NCBI GenBank assembly: GCA_964016885.1
Contig: OZ024745.1
Coordinates: 114,018,001 to 114,082,000 of the forward strand
DNA: 64,000 bases
Direction of reading: 5' to 3'
From: Eledone cirrhosa
Lineage: Eukaryota
Position 1 is the first letter of the stretch. Every line of letters begins with the position of its first letter. The notes beneath the pieces were generated by a model that had not been told where the DNA came from, searched no databases, and was given only the letters and a program-made list of their open reading frames with translations. Below, one piece after another: positions 44,147-58,264 of this stretch. A program made the position numbers and the translations under genes.

Positions 44147-44883
44147 AGTCACCTACATACATACATACATACATACATACATACATACATACATACATAC
44201 ATACATACATACATACATACATACATACATACATACATACATAAAGACCAGGCATATAATGATCTGAAACAGAAAATAAAGTATCTACAGTGAAACAAAT
44301 CAGTTATCCAGCAGACGTTAAATATACAAATAAAAGAAAAATTCTATGCTGAATCCATGAGAAATCTTTCGATGTTCTGCTGGGAATATAACATTAGATT
44401 TACACCTGAAAACGCCATTTGTAATACGATCTGATAAGGAAGCCTCAAAAGTCATGCTTGACCTTCTATGAAGAGAAACCAAATCTCCGGACTTAAAAGG
44501 TAGATGTGACATAGGATCTTGTGGTTCTGAATGCATTTTGCATGGTTACAGATAGGGTATCTTTTACATTATAGATCTGCTTTATTGGGGCTGACCTAAA
44601 GCTAAGCAATAACAAGCAACTGGTGTTTAGTGTTTCAATGACGTTTTATTGGTATTCGAATTGATCTATCGATCAACAAGTCCACAGACCTCATTCGCTT
44701 ACCGAGTGGCGTGAAACTCATCAAATCGGACCAAAGAAACAATGTTCTCATTGGTCCTTCCATTGTTGATACAATCTACCGGTGACAACTCTTTAATATT
44801 GACATTAAAACATTTTTAAATGGTTTCTTTTATACCAAACTTGAATGAAATAATTCACGTATTTCTGTTCTTTGCAATTTCAG

Positions 44884-45128
44884 TTCAGGAAGAGAACATT
44901 GATGTCACCAGCGTTGATCATCAACCGGAACACCATGTGACACACGCGCCTCCACCACCGGAACCACCTGTACAGCAGCCCTCACAGCAACCATCTTACC
45001 CAGAAGCAGCATCTCTCTATCCAAGCCAACAAGAAACCATTAACGAATGTTCAGCCAGACTTCTGTTCATGGCAGTAAAATGGGCCAAAAATCTACCCTC
45101 GTTTGCCAATCTCCCGTTTCGAGATCAG
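44884..45128 (+). CDS. NR2E3: PNR/NR2E3 exon: hinge and start of ligand-binding domain ([10 protein letters not shown]...[28 protein letters not shown])
   Basis: ENIDVTS and [22 protein letters not shown] match the NR2E3 LBD signature. Acceptor tttgcaatttcag|, donor cag|gtttgt. Confidence 0.95.
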
Positions 45129-46001
45129 GTTTGTTTCACTCCGATTGACTACTATAAATTCCCTAAACACCCTACCCGCTCAAAATGTGAAGCCCCATGT
45201 GAAAGTTATAAATCTTTCCTATAACTGTTGTTCTACGTTGGCCATGTATAGGAATTCATGTGTTGAATTTCAGTGAATGAATGTTTATACAGCACTCAAT
45301 TAATTTTCAAAAATGCGCAGTCTAGTGAACAGCTTTTATAGAATGATCATTCACGTTTCCATGAGAACAGAACTAACTTGACTTCGTATTTATCAACGTT
45401 TTTATAGATCTCTGACCATATCAAGATACATCCCAAAGGACCAAAATACGTGACGTCTTGGGGGGAAAGCTTTACTTATTCAATAAATAAATGTTGATAA
45501 AATAATTATGGGACAAAGTACTTGGTTATAAAAATCTGACTGACGCCATTGCAGTGCAATGAACGAAAAAGCAAGTAAAACACACACACATATATATATT
45601 TAGACTGCGGTACAGGGACCGGGAAGATTACAAATCAGAGTAGTACACGATATATGGTATGATGCAGAGTGGGTATATTAGTGAAGTAGAGGCTGGACCA
45701 CGAGCTCAGCCGAAGCCGCCTACTCCACTAATATATTTACAGTGAAATGATATAAAATGTTCTTGAATGAGACTAAATACATTGCATTGTTTACTCACTC
45801 AAAACTGTCGTAGATCGTCAGTTAATAAAATTGCTCATAAGATATGGTCAGTTAATGGTACTGATTTAATCGATTATATTTTTATCTCGCAAAAATTCAG
45901 CTCTTGTTAGAAAGGTCTTTCAGTATTATTGTTATTACTGGTGTTGTATTGTTGTTTGCAAAGCTTAGGCATACCAAAACCTATTCTGTTCTTCTTTGCA
46001 G

Positions 46002-46239
46002 GTTATACTTTTGGAAGAGGCATGGACAGAACTGTTTCTACTGTGTGCCATCCAGTGGTCTTTACCTTTAGAAACGTCTCCATTGTTTGTAGTCTCTGAC
46101 CCTTCACAGATAGTCAATGGCAAAACGTCGACAATTGCAGACGTTCGAATCTTACAGGAAATTCTTGCACGTTTCAAAGCCATCCAGGTAGATCCGGCCG
46201 AGTTTGCTTGTCTGAAAGCGATTGTTCTCTTTAAACCAG
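46002..46239 (+). CDS. NR2E3: PNR/NR2E3 exon: ligand-binding domain (VILLEEAWTELFLLCAIQWSLPLE...VDPAEFACLKAIVLFKP)
   Basis: Typical NR2E LBD helices. Acceptor cttctttgcag|, donor ccag|gtaaaa. Phase 0 join with the previous exon gives RDQ|VILLEE. Confidence 0.95.
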
Positions 46240-49200
46240 GTAAAATAACTCATGTTAATACTTCTATGTATTAAACTTTGATTTTATTTCTTTTCACACT
46301 CACTCTTTTTCTCTGGAAATGAATATTGGTGTACCATCCGGGCATTATCGCATTGAGCATGGTTTATTATATTTACAGTACCTTAACTGCGACCCCTAAA
46401 CAAGAAGGTTCGGAGTTTATAACATTACAAAAATGCAAAAAATTGATTTCATTTATAATTAATCGTTTCTTCCATAAACCACTACAGTTGTATACGTTCA
46501 GTGTTAAGCACACAACTGCACAGAGTTCAATTAATAAGATTTGAAACGTCCATTGCCCAGGATGTCTAATTATGTTATTGCTAATAGAATTTCTTAACAA
46601 AATAACGATTTCTAACTTAGGGATAAGCCGAGTTTTTTGGTGGAGGGAAAAGTCGATATAATCGGTTTTTCTCTTAGTTAACCCTGATAGGACGAAAGGC
46701 GAGATTTATCTAAGAACGGAAAGAGTGGATTTATATATCAAACGAAATAACTATTTTTATTTTGGTACAAGGCTAGACATTTTCGAAAGTAGGGGTAGGT
46801 TTATTATATCGGCCCTAATACTTGACTGGTATATTATTTTATCGACTACAGAAAGAAGAAAACAAATTGTACCTCAGCAGAATTTGAAACCAGAAAGTAA
46901 AGAAAGGGCTATAACAAAATGCAGCTAAATATGTTGTCCAACTCCCTAACGATTCTGCCAATTTGCGCCTTCATATACGAGGAAAATAAAATTTTCTGAT
47001 TTAAGCACAGGTCCAACAATTTTGAAGAGGGGAAAGTCGATTAAATCGACCTCAGTGCATTACTGGTGCTTTATTTTATCGACCACGCAAGGATGAAATG
47101 TAACGCTAACATTGGCAGGATTTGAACTCAGAACGTAAAGGGACGTAAATCTATGCCGCAAAACATGCTGTCTGATCACTTAGGGTTCTACAGCCGAGGC
47201 CAGGGGAGTGAAATTCGGTAGACGAAATCCCATCGAATGGATTGTACTTGAAATACTAAGATACAGCTATTGCCCAAAATCGTTACCAATGAGAGCTTCG
47301 GCTGTTTGGATGATCTTTCTTAGTTACAACTATTAAAATATTACTGAACACGTCCAGCTTGAGGTCGAAGATATCGCTGTTTACTGTTCTGTCTCATTCC
47401 ATTTTCCATGTGGTACATATACATTTAAGATATCTTCTCCTTCGCCCACTTATTCCTGTTGGCAAACTCCTCAAGCACATCTGCCAGCGGGTCCGGTCAA
47501 AAGTAACCGTCTCCAATTGATCCGGCTGGACCCCCCAAGCGAAACTAGCCGAGCTCATGGATGTTATCCAACCTACTTACTCGGGGTCAACCCTGGGTCT
47601 CCTGCCGGTTGATTTTGCCCATAAAATCTGTCTAGCGATTCCTTTCTGTTTGTTAATATATAACTGAAGAAGGTAACTATGACTAGAATTCACTAATAAT
47701 ATAATATATTGTGCATGCATTGTACTGATAAACTATAAATATATCGAATTCTTCCTTAACAGGTGCCAGAAGAAAAAAGAATATTTTATATTAACTTAAT
47801 TTGAGCCTTAATGTATGTGTATATGATTACGTAATTCCTGATGGAATCACGGGAGCGCCGTAGTGACAAACAGTGTAACTATATGATGTAAAGCATGTTA
47901 TTTGATGCTCTACCGATACAGAAAATCCACCGCCTTCACATATAAATAAATTAAACCTAATGCCTATTCGAGAAAGCAGTATCTACTGCATTTAAAACAT
48001 TTTTTAAAAAACCGTATTTAGCTTTAAAACACAAACTCACACACATTAGACAAATTGATAAAAAATATATATTTTATCCATCTACTAAGTTTTCAAATAC
48101 CACATAGAAACTCTTTATCAATCGTTTATTTGTTGTCGGTCTAATAAATACAAATAATTACCTGATTCGAAATAAATATAATCCCACATGCAGATGAAAC
48201 AATGCTGTAAGAGCTGATATCATATTAACATGGATACATGTACCAAATAGTAAAGACAAATTCATACCGAGAGAAGAGGTTTTATCGTACATTATAAAGT
48301 CTCTGTCCCACAGAACCACGTCAAATATATTGATATCGATTTATCTATTTATTTATTTATTATTCCCATTCACTGTTCACACATATCTACTGTGTCAGTT
48401 GCAAGTAGGCAGTAAATTCGATATTTCACTGATGGTAACAAAACCAACAGACTGGTTAATACCATTAGAACGCAGTATGTCGATAATCTAGATTAAATGG
48501 AATTATCACTGACATGGAACACAAGCGTGGTTTTGAAGCAATTTTAACTTGATAAATATTAAACAGGATAATTCCTCGTATCTGGACGAAACATACACTC
48601 TGTCCACAGCTACGGCTCACTGATTGGGTTATAATATATGTTTAGCGACACATTGGTTAGTGTTTTTATTGCTGCTATTGCTATTGTGGTGATTTTGCTG
48701 ATGTTTGCAATGATATTGATGTTGGTAATTATCATGATAATGTTGCCTTTACTTTGTTGACAAGTAGAAACTCAATAGATACCACACGCTAGTTTAGTAT
48801 ATATTACTATCCAACCAAAATAATAACTGCTTGACACAAAGCTATAAAATCATGACAAGTATGCCAACAGGTTGTATGCTTTGTTAAATCTACGCAATGT
48901 AAAGAATTATTTGATACATTTTACAATATTAGAAGTCAAGAATTTGTGTAGAAGGTGTAATCGATCACGATCAAAACAAGAAGGGCAATCTCTACCGAAA
49001 GAGGTGTTATTAAATACGTACTCTCATATCTCACGAATTCAATATATTTCCAACTCTATATGTAATTTTATGACGATTTTATAACGTAGATAGTTATATA
49101 TTTATTTTTATTACTAATTAATATTATTATGAAACTTAAACAAAAAGGTATTTCTACATTCATAAAATTAATTATGTTAATAATTATGATGTAGCTATGA

Positions 49201-50182
49201 GATAAAAAATAGTTAAACTAGAAAGTGTTCTTAAAGAAAGTTTTCGCGAATCATGGTGCCTAAATAGCATTAAACTGCTTTCTTGTCTAGAAAATTCCCC
49301 ATATATTTAACTCCCCGATTTCAAATTCATTTTACTGATTGGCCAGTGATTCATTAAAAAATAGTTAATGCATTGCAGAAAATATAAAACTAAAGCAATA
49401 CACGTGACTTTCTTTCAATTTTGTCGAGTGCATTCAACATAGCTATGTTGATTTAGAAGAAGTGACACTTAGTCAAGATTGTTGGAGAGGAGTTAATACT
49501 TGCCATATTAGGATGAGAGAGAAATAAAAAATAAATGTTTTTATATTTTCGTATTAATGCAATTTCGTTTAGACCGTTTTGATAACTTACGTGTCTGTTA
49601 TTGTTTTCCAATCTACAGACCAGTTATCACCTAGAGAGTTTAGCAAAATTATTTCAACTGGTCCCTAAGCTTCGTAGAGGTGACCTATTAACAGCCATTC
49701 GCAAAAATGAAAAAATAATAAAAAGAGGAAAACTAATGAATTTTTAATCAACAGGAAATTTAATCCATTAACGTTAAGAAGTTTATTTTGACGACGTACT
49801 TGAAAGTGTATCTCCTACGATTGATAATAGGAATGCCCTGAGGTATCATCAAAGTGATAAGTTCGCTGACAACATTCAGTGAGTTTTCAAATCGTTATAT
49901 TTTCACTCCTGCAGTATATAAGGCGTGGCGCCACATCTCAAGAATGTGTTACCATATCACATTTTAGGTTTAAGGTTACATTTTAGGAATAAATGAATTC
50001 TAGCCCCGAGGATGTAACAATTCATTAATTGTTTTTAATACGTTATTCAAAAGAGGAGGAGTACTTTACAGACTACTTCTATTGGAAGAGTGATGCAGAA
50101 CTACGGGGGGAGATCTCCCACCCCTTTTGGGGTGGGTGAGAGATGTTTTATCTTGTGAAAATGGGTATAGCTTTCATTATGT

Positions 50183-50366
50183 GGCGGTGGATTGGCAGTA
50201 TCGGTAAAGGCTTGGACGCCATGCTTTGACGTATAGAGTTACGGCCCTTGCCATTCTGGGTTCAAATGCCGCCGAGGTTAACTTTGCCTTTCATCCTTAC
50301 GGGGTCGATAAAATAAAGTACCAGTAATGCACTGGGTAATTGCTGGCCTTGTGCCAAAAGTAGAAA
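50183..50366 (+). mobile_element. SINE copy
   Basis: Same family; starts ggcggtggattggcagtatcgg. Confidence 0.85.
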
Positions 50367-50925
50367 AATTTGTAAAAACTCCCCATTTTGCCTCATTTCT
50401 CTTCGTTTTGGGGCGCGATTTTTCATGGTACTTCCCGTTCGGATTTTTAGAGGTTGGCAGATCTGCTGATGCGGTTGACACTTTGCCTGAGCATATGCGG
50501 ATCAATATTTGCCATGCAATATAAACATGGGTGGAGGATGAACTTGGCCGACGAATTATCATATTATTATTATATTATTTGTGCACAATAATATAAAGAT
50601 CAGCCATTTCTCAAATTGATTAGTGGTGACATTTAAAATAAGATTTCTTCAACATAGAATCGAAATCGACATAAGGTTTCGTCATGACCGGGGTTTATAT
50701 TATATTCTGCTTTGTTCACGTAAATCTGACAAATTTACTACTGAAGGATGTGTTGGGTAGTCTTACGTTAGTTTCGGTTAACGTCAGGGAAAGCAGTCAA
50801 CTTGTGTATATCACGTTACTGGCTCTAATTTTATAGACTCTGCACGTTTAATTATTCAGTCTCTCACTACTACTACTACTACGACGACGACGACGATGAC
50901 AAAGACTAATGCTGCGGCTGCTTTA

Positions 50926-50968
<43 letters not shown>

Positions 50969-51189
50969 TTGTTACTACTACTACTACGTTGTATTACTGC
51001 TTTACTTATGGAGCGATTTCAAAGGGTATATTCTCCCTATGTACCTAAAATCAAAACTATTGAACATTTAGAGCATCGGACAGAATGTCTTGCGGTATTT
51101 AATTCTGACCCGTTTCGAGCTTAGAACGTAAAGAACTGGAACAGATACCACGAAGCAGGTTGTCACACCCTTAAGGATTCTGCCAAGTA

Positions 51190-51612
51190 AAAATAGTTTC
51201 TGATTTAGGTACAAGACCAGCAATTTGAAGGGAAGTGGAAAGTTAATTAAATCAACTCCAAGGCGTTACTGGTACTTTATTTTCAAGACTACCCAAGGAT
51301 GAAAGTCAAAGCTAACGTCACTGGGACTTGAACCCAGAACGTACAGAATGGAAAGAAATGATTGCAAAGCATTTTGTCCGACGCTCTAACAATTCTACCA
51401 AGTAATTGTTTCTACGTTAGGCACAAGGCCAGCAAATTACCCAGTGCATTACTGGTACTTTATTTTATCGACCCCGTAAGGATGGAAGGCAAAGTCAACC
51501 TCGGCGGGATTTGAACTCAGATCGTAAAGGGACGTAACTATGCTGGAAAGCATGGCGTCCGACCCTCTACCGATACTGCCAATCTACCGCCCTATCAATT
51601 CTGCCAAGTAAT
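51190..51612 (-). mobile_element. Young SINE inserted at the end of an older SINE
   Basis: TSD-like aattct(a/g)ccaagtaat at about 51391 and 51597. Confidence 0.8.
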
Positions 51613-52019
51613 GAACGATAAGAAGTAATAAAAGAATGAAATATATAAGACACTGAAGGAAATGAAGTCGGACAGGCGAGATGTGTGAAAAACAAACTTT
51701 TTTCTTCGGCTTATTGATATTGTGGGGATGTTGTAGAACTTGGTAGTATGGCAGATAGTATTTCAGATAGAATCTAAAGCCGCCGGCTATTAGAACATAT
51801 CTTCATTTCTTCCATGTTTCTTTCTTTGTTTCCTTCTATTGTTTTCCTTCTTCAACTGCCCTGACTGTGTCGTTGGGTAGTTTAGTTTATTAATCGTTCA
51901 CCGTCCCAGTTCCTGTCGGAAATTACTTGCGCCATTTATAATAAGATTTGGTGACATGTGGTGGCATCTGACGGTATTTGCGTGGCCTGAACGTCTTGAC
52001 GTTGAAAAGAGAAATGCTC

Positions 52020-52070
<51 letters not shown>

Positions 52071-52399
52071 ATCCCCCCCCCTCTCTCTCCCTCTCTCTCT
52101 CATTCCCTCTCTACACACGCAAATGCATACACGCATACACAAATATATGCACATAGAGGTACAGACCATACATACACACGCACATACACACGCATACATA
52201 CATATATATATATTTTTATTTATATATACACACACACATATATAAGTGTGTGTGTGTGTGTGTGCATGCAAGTGTATGTGTGTGTGTGTATGTATTGTCT
52301 GTACCTCTATGTGTATGTCTTTGTGTATGCGTGTATGCATTTGTGTGTATATATATATATATATATATATACGTTATTCCGGGTTGAATCGGAGGTAAC

Positions 52400-52558
52400 C
52401 ACAGTAAGTAAGGTACTCAATACATTGCAGAGTATAAAAGTTTTAATATAGATGACATTCTACAGGACTAGAACTGTTTCATTCTTTAGAAATCATCAGG
52501 AATCATGATTCCTGATGATTTCTAAAGAATGAAACAGTTCTAGTCCTGTAGAATCTCA

Positions 52559-52565
<7 letters not shown>
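52400..52565. mobile_element. Penelope-like remnant: 120-bp palindrome (52446-52565) plus tail, inserted in (TA)n
   Basis: Centre aatca|tgatt, one mismatch. Same family as 36965-37469 and the fragment at 15772-15830. Confidence 0.75.
52507..52555 (+). ncRNA. Type I hammerhead ribozyme, intact core; mirror copy on the - strand at 52456-52504
   Basis: Stem I gattc/gaatc; CTGATGA; stem II t-ttct-aa-agaa-t; GAA; stem III acag-ttctagtc-ctgt; GUA cleavage triplet ending at 52550. Confidence 0.8.
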
Positions 52566-52598
<33 letters not shown>

Positions 52599-53780
52599 AC
52601 ATGCATTTACATATAAATCATACGTTAAAAAACAAAAACTACAACTGAAAATACAAATAAAAACACATTGTCTCTCTCATTAACTATTCTTTCCCTTTGT
52701 GGTCGTTTCAGATGCATCACCTTCCGCCCCTCCATGTTTTATATTAACCTCCCTGTCTCACCTTTATTACTCACATTTACACGTTTCCATTTCAAGTCTA
52801 CGTTCAACATATATCCGGAGTTACGCCTTTTATTATAGTAAGTAAACTCGCCACGAGTCAATGAGGCAGTTGTGCGTATAGAAATGGTAGTCACGTTCCC
52901 CTCAAATAATATACCCTACACTTTTAAAGAGGAAAAAACAAATGTGTCACCGATGAAAGGGAACGCCTCTGCTTATAAATTTGACTAATCAGAGGTGGAA
53001 TGGCTCTCCGTCAATTTCGACAATGAGTGTCCCAGTTGTTCGTTCAATGAAACAGCCTACTTGTGAATTTAATGTGTAAGTCACTGAATATTCTAAAAAC
53101 ATGTGTACTCGTAACGCAATTCGCAATTCTCAGGGTATTTGTCATTGCTGACATTTTGAATTAGAGGTACAGTACATCCGATGGGCTTTTAAACATTTTC
53201 CTTCTACCCAATTTTACTCATAAGGCAAGGGTTGACCCGAGACGATGGTAAATAACACTTGTCTAAGATGCCGCGCAATGGGATCGCAACCTAGACATAA
53301 TAATTCCGATGCGTGATTCCTAAGTATTTGGTCATGCGGCGTCCATTAATCTGGGCTAACACGGAACTGGATACAACAAGTAAGCTTACAGCAAGTAGCA
53401 TCCATGTTAACGTTTCTTTTCACAGCGCTACTACTTGCTCCATTCGACATGAAAGTCACAAAAAAATATTCAAATCCTGCATATCAAGTATCAAGTGACT
53501 TTGTTAATTGAGCCCCGAGTTTACTCACAAATATATTTATATACTTCCCTGGTATAATATGATATACAATATAATATGTATAAGGAAATTCCATAATATA
53601 TTTAGATATAACTTATCAGTTGACAAAATATGTTGAGTATCAATGATAAATATAAGAGAACTCCACAAATTATCCCTCAAATATCTGAACATTTACAATT
53701 CGTATCTGCAATATGCCTTATTAATACGAAGACAGAATGAATAGTGTAAGCTTTTTTATTTCAAAATCTCCACCCATGCC

Positions 53781-53840
<60 letters not shown>

Positions 53841-54179
53841 GCTCTCTATCTATCTATCTTTCTCAATTCTTGCCTGTACATTTTTCTGTTTTCAAATTTC
53901 TCATTTTTTTCAGTCTTTAATTAAATTTCTTGCTAAAAAATGAAACCTCTAAACATTGCTCGTTACTCTCTATCACCACCACCACCACTACCAACAACGA
54001 CAACCATGATAACAGCAACATTACTGGTGGGTGTTTTAGTAGGTGGTGATGTGTTACATTTTTCTTTATTATTATTTGTTATGCGTGAAGGGGCAACGAC
54101 AATGTCTTTTGTATATCCCCCGAAACTGGTGCTATTGAAGCTATTGATGTTCAGTATAAATTGTTTTAAGTCGACTCCT

Positions 54180-54660
54180 TCATGAAATATATGTGCCGAG
54201 AATGACTTCCAGGGTGTGACGTTCTGTGATGAAGGACTGTGCGTAGTGGTTAGAGCAGGACCTGGGAAGTTAGACACAATATGGGCGATAAGAGGAGGAA
54301 AGACAAATGAGGCTGCCGTGGCTCAGTGAAGGTGTCATCAGTTCAGCCAGATCTAAGGAGCAGATGTCATTTTAGTAGCGGTATAAATGTGGGCCAGAGG
54401 CTGGAACATGTCTGTCTGTGATTCTATGCTAATCAGATAAGTGGCCTTTTTCTAGGTCTGGAATGTATGTATGGGTGACAGTAGCATATTGTAAAAGATT
54501 ATAAATTGTTGAGGGTTAAAATGTTTTCTGAATCTGAAGAAAAGGGTCAGTTTTTAGATGTATTTCTTGGTAACTTTAGGATGAGAGACATTTGGTGACT
54601 CCTTACGTTCGGAGCGAATGTGGAAGATCTCTAATTGCGTACTGTTCATGTTTGAGGGTT
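54180..54660 (-). pseudogene. Possible very old non-LTR RT remnant
   Basis: DLEK- and DDT-like remnants in RT order on the minus strand; no open frame. Confidence 0.3.
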
Positions 54661-54985
54661 ATAAGATACAGTTATATTTCAGTTCCATACACATCTGATC
54701 AACAAAAAAAATAAATCATACCAAAAAATAGTAAATCCAATATTTCCCTGATTTAGTTTCAGTCTGGTCTACAGTCATATAGGGGCAATGTCATAAAGAG
54801 TTTCGGCTATTATATTAATGCCAGTACTTATTTCAATTTATTATTTAATATCGATATCTCTCGTAGTTCTACACTACGGGAAAAAAGTAAAAAACATACA
54901 CATGTACACACATTCACACACAGATTCTGAATATATACGTATTTCTAAAGATATATGTATACAGAATTGCAATTATGATTTTCCA

Positions 54986-55044
<59 letters not shown>

Positions 55045-55463
55045 TAGCAGATTAAAGTTTAAGCAAAGAATCGCTGCTTTCACCCTTAACGGGATCTTCT
55101 GAAACTCGAGCCCTCTTTGGATATTAGTCTTCAAATTTATTATTATTACTATATATATATATATATATATATATATCTGTGTGGGTGTGTGTGTGTGTGG
55201 GGGGGGGGGGGTGTATCGGTTTCCGCCTATTATAATCTCTGTCTAAATGTAATACGACATACAAGTGAAATATATTACTCTCGTTTAACATTCACAGTTT
55301 AATAAATAATGTAATTGTCGAATATTTTATTTTAAAACATCTTCCTATATTATTGAGAAAGAAAGACATACAGAAATGCAAAGATTTGTTATTATCATCG
55401 CTTATGTTAGAAATCACTATCAACTATTTTTATCCTTATTATTCTCGTTGTAATAGCAACAGC

Positions 55464-56075
55464 AATAATTGTTTCTACTTTAGGCACAAGGCCAGTAATT
55501 TACCCAGTGCATTACTGGTACTTTATTTTATCGACCCCGTAAGGATGAAAGGCAAAGTCAACCTCGGCGGGATTTGAACTCAGTCCGTAAAGGGACGTAA
55601 CTGTGCTGTACAGCATGGCGTCCGACCCTCTACCGATACTGCCAATCCACCGCAACAGCAATAATAATAATTATTATTATTGACAGTATCGGTAGAGGGT
55701 CGGACGCCATGCTTTGACGCATAGAGTTACGGCCCTTTCCATTCTGAGTTCAAATCCCGCCGAGATTAACTCTGCCTTTCATCCTTTACGGGGTCGATAA
55801 AATAAAGTACCAGTCACGCACTGGGGTCGATTTAATCGACTTTCCCCTTCCCCCAAATTGCTGGCCTTGTGCCTATATAAGAAACCATTATTATTATTAT
55901 TATAGAGTCGCAGCCCTTTACTTTCTGAGTTCAAATCCCACCGAGGTTACCTTTGCTTTTCATCCTTACGAGCTCGGTAAATAAAACATGAGTAATGCAT
56001 TGGGGGTCGATTTAATCGACATTCCCGTTCCCTTGAAATTGCTGGGCTTGTACATGAAGTACAAACAATTATTAT
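55464..56075. mobile_element. SINE cluster: - copy (55464-55653), + copy (55681-55900), truncated + copy
   Basis: Same family, opposite orientations. Confidence 0.85.
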
Positions 56076-56564
56076 TGTTACACTTGTTGTTTATGTCGCT
56101 GTTGGTGGTGTTGTCGTTGTGGTTGTTGTTATTTTAAAAAGGTTCCTTTTTTATTCTTATAATCTTCAAATAGATTTAACTTTGAACTGAATTGACCGAT
56201 TATTTCAGTAAGTTATTGGCAATTGATAAAATAGACAGATACAAAACCTGTAAGAGAAAGACAAACATACAACAACAAAAAGCGAATAAATATTTCTATT
56301 ATTGGTTTATAATTCGTCGCTTACATTTGTATACGGTAGTGCGAAATATTATTTTTAAGGACATACACCATTGTTTGGAAATATTGATGAGAGGAAAAGG
56401 AACAAAGATAAATGAATAAATGAATATTTGTATACATGAAGAGAATATGAAAAAAAAATAGGATTTCTGGAGAGTATCAAAAGAAAAACAATATAATGAG
56501 GAGGAGATCACATCTGTGTGTGTGTGTTTTATTAGTGTATGATTGCATATGTGTATTTTGTATG

Positions 56565-56618
<54 letters not shown>

Positions 56619-56672
56619 GTACATATAGATATAATATATATGTATATATATATATGTAATATATATATATAG

Positions 56673-56705
<33 letters not shown>

Positions 56706-56765
56706 TATATATATATATGTAATATATATATGTATATGTAATATATATATATATATATATATATT

Positions 56766-56808
<43 letters not shown>

Positions 56809-57036
56809 GTGTGTGTGTGTATGTATGTATGTATGTATGTATGTATGTATGTATGTATATATAGATCTATAAATCTGTGTGTGCATGAGTACGGGCACGT
56901 AGTAAAGAAAGAGGGAAGATTATATGAATAAACAAGGAGGGGGGTGAGAAGTAATTAACATTATATTGTCAAGTATAGAGTCGAAGTGAAAAAAATATCT
57001 TACATGACTGTGTGAAGAGAGAGGGGGGGGAGAGAG

Positions 57037-57070
<34 letters not shown>

Positions 57071-57174
57071 GTATGTAGGTGTGGAAAACTATTTGTTTTT
57101 GTATTTTGGAACGAAGATACTTCCTTTTGTTTGTATTTCTCACTTGTTACTATTTATATACATATACATACATA

Positions 57175-57230
<56 letters not shown>

Positions 57231-57290
57231 AATATATATATATACATATATATGGATATATATATATGTGTGTAAATATATACATACATA

Positions 57291-57391
<101 letters not shown>

Positions 57392-57490
57392 TATATATAT
57401 ATATATATAAATAATATATATATATATATATAAATAATATATATATATATATATAAATAATATATATATATATATATATAAATAATATAT

Positions 57491-57593
<103 letters not shown>

Positions 57594-57609
57594 TATATAT
57601 ATATATATA

Positions 57610-57663
<54 letters not shown>

Positions 57664-57733
57664 TATATATATATATATATATATAAATAATATATATATA
57701 TATATATATAAATAATATATATATATATATATA

Positions 57734-57779
<46 letters not shown>

Positions 57780-57875
57780 TATATATATAGTTGTTAAAGC
57801 GAAAACCAACCAAACAGTGAGTGTGTTCTGTTATTAATTCTGGCAATATTACACAAATATGACCCTCCCCAAGTA

Positions 57876-57944
<69 letters not shown>

Positions 57945-58264
57945 AAATATATACATACATATGCATATATATATATATATGATTTCAAGCTTACATACAT
58001 AAACACACCAAATAGTTGAAAAAATATAGATAGAATGAGTAATTGTGAATAAAATAGATAGTTTGGTGAATGGAGTCCATGGTGGTGTTACGAGGTTTAA
58101 ATACGTTTAAATTGAAAAGCTTTTATTTGAAATAATCGGGAAGAGAATGTTTAGATGCAAACACCGAAGATAACATAATTGTAAGTGGTAGTAAGAAGGA
58201 AAGAGTAATAGATAGATAGTTAGATAGATTGATAGACAGATAGACAGATAGATAGATAGATATG

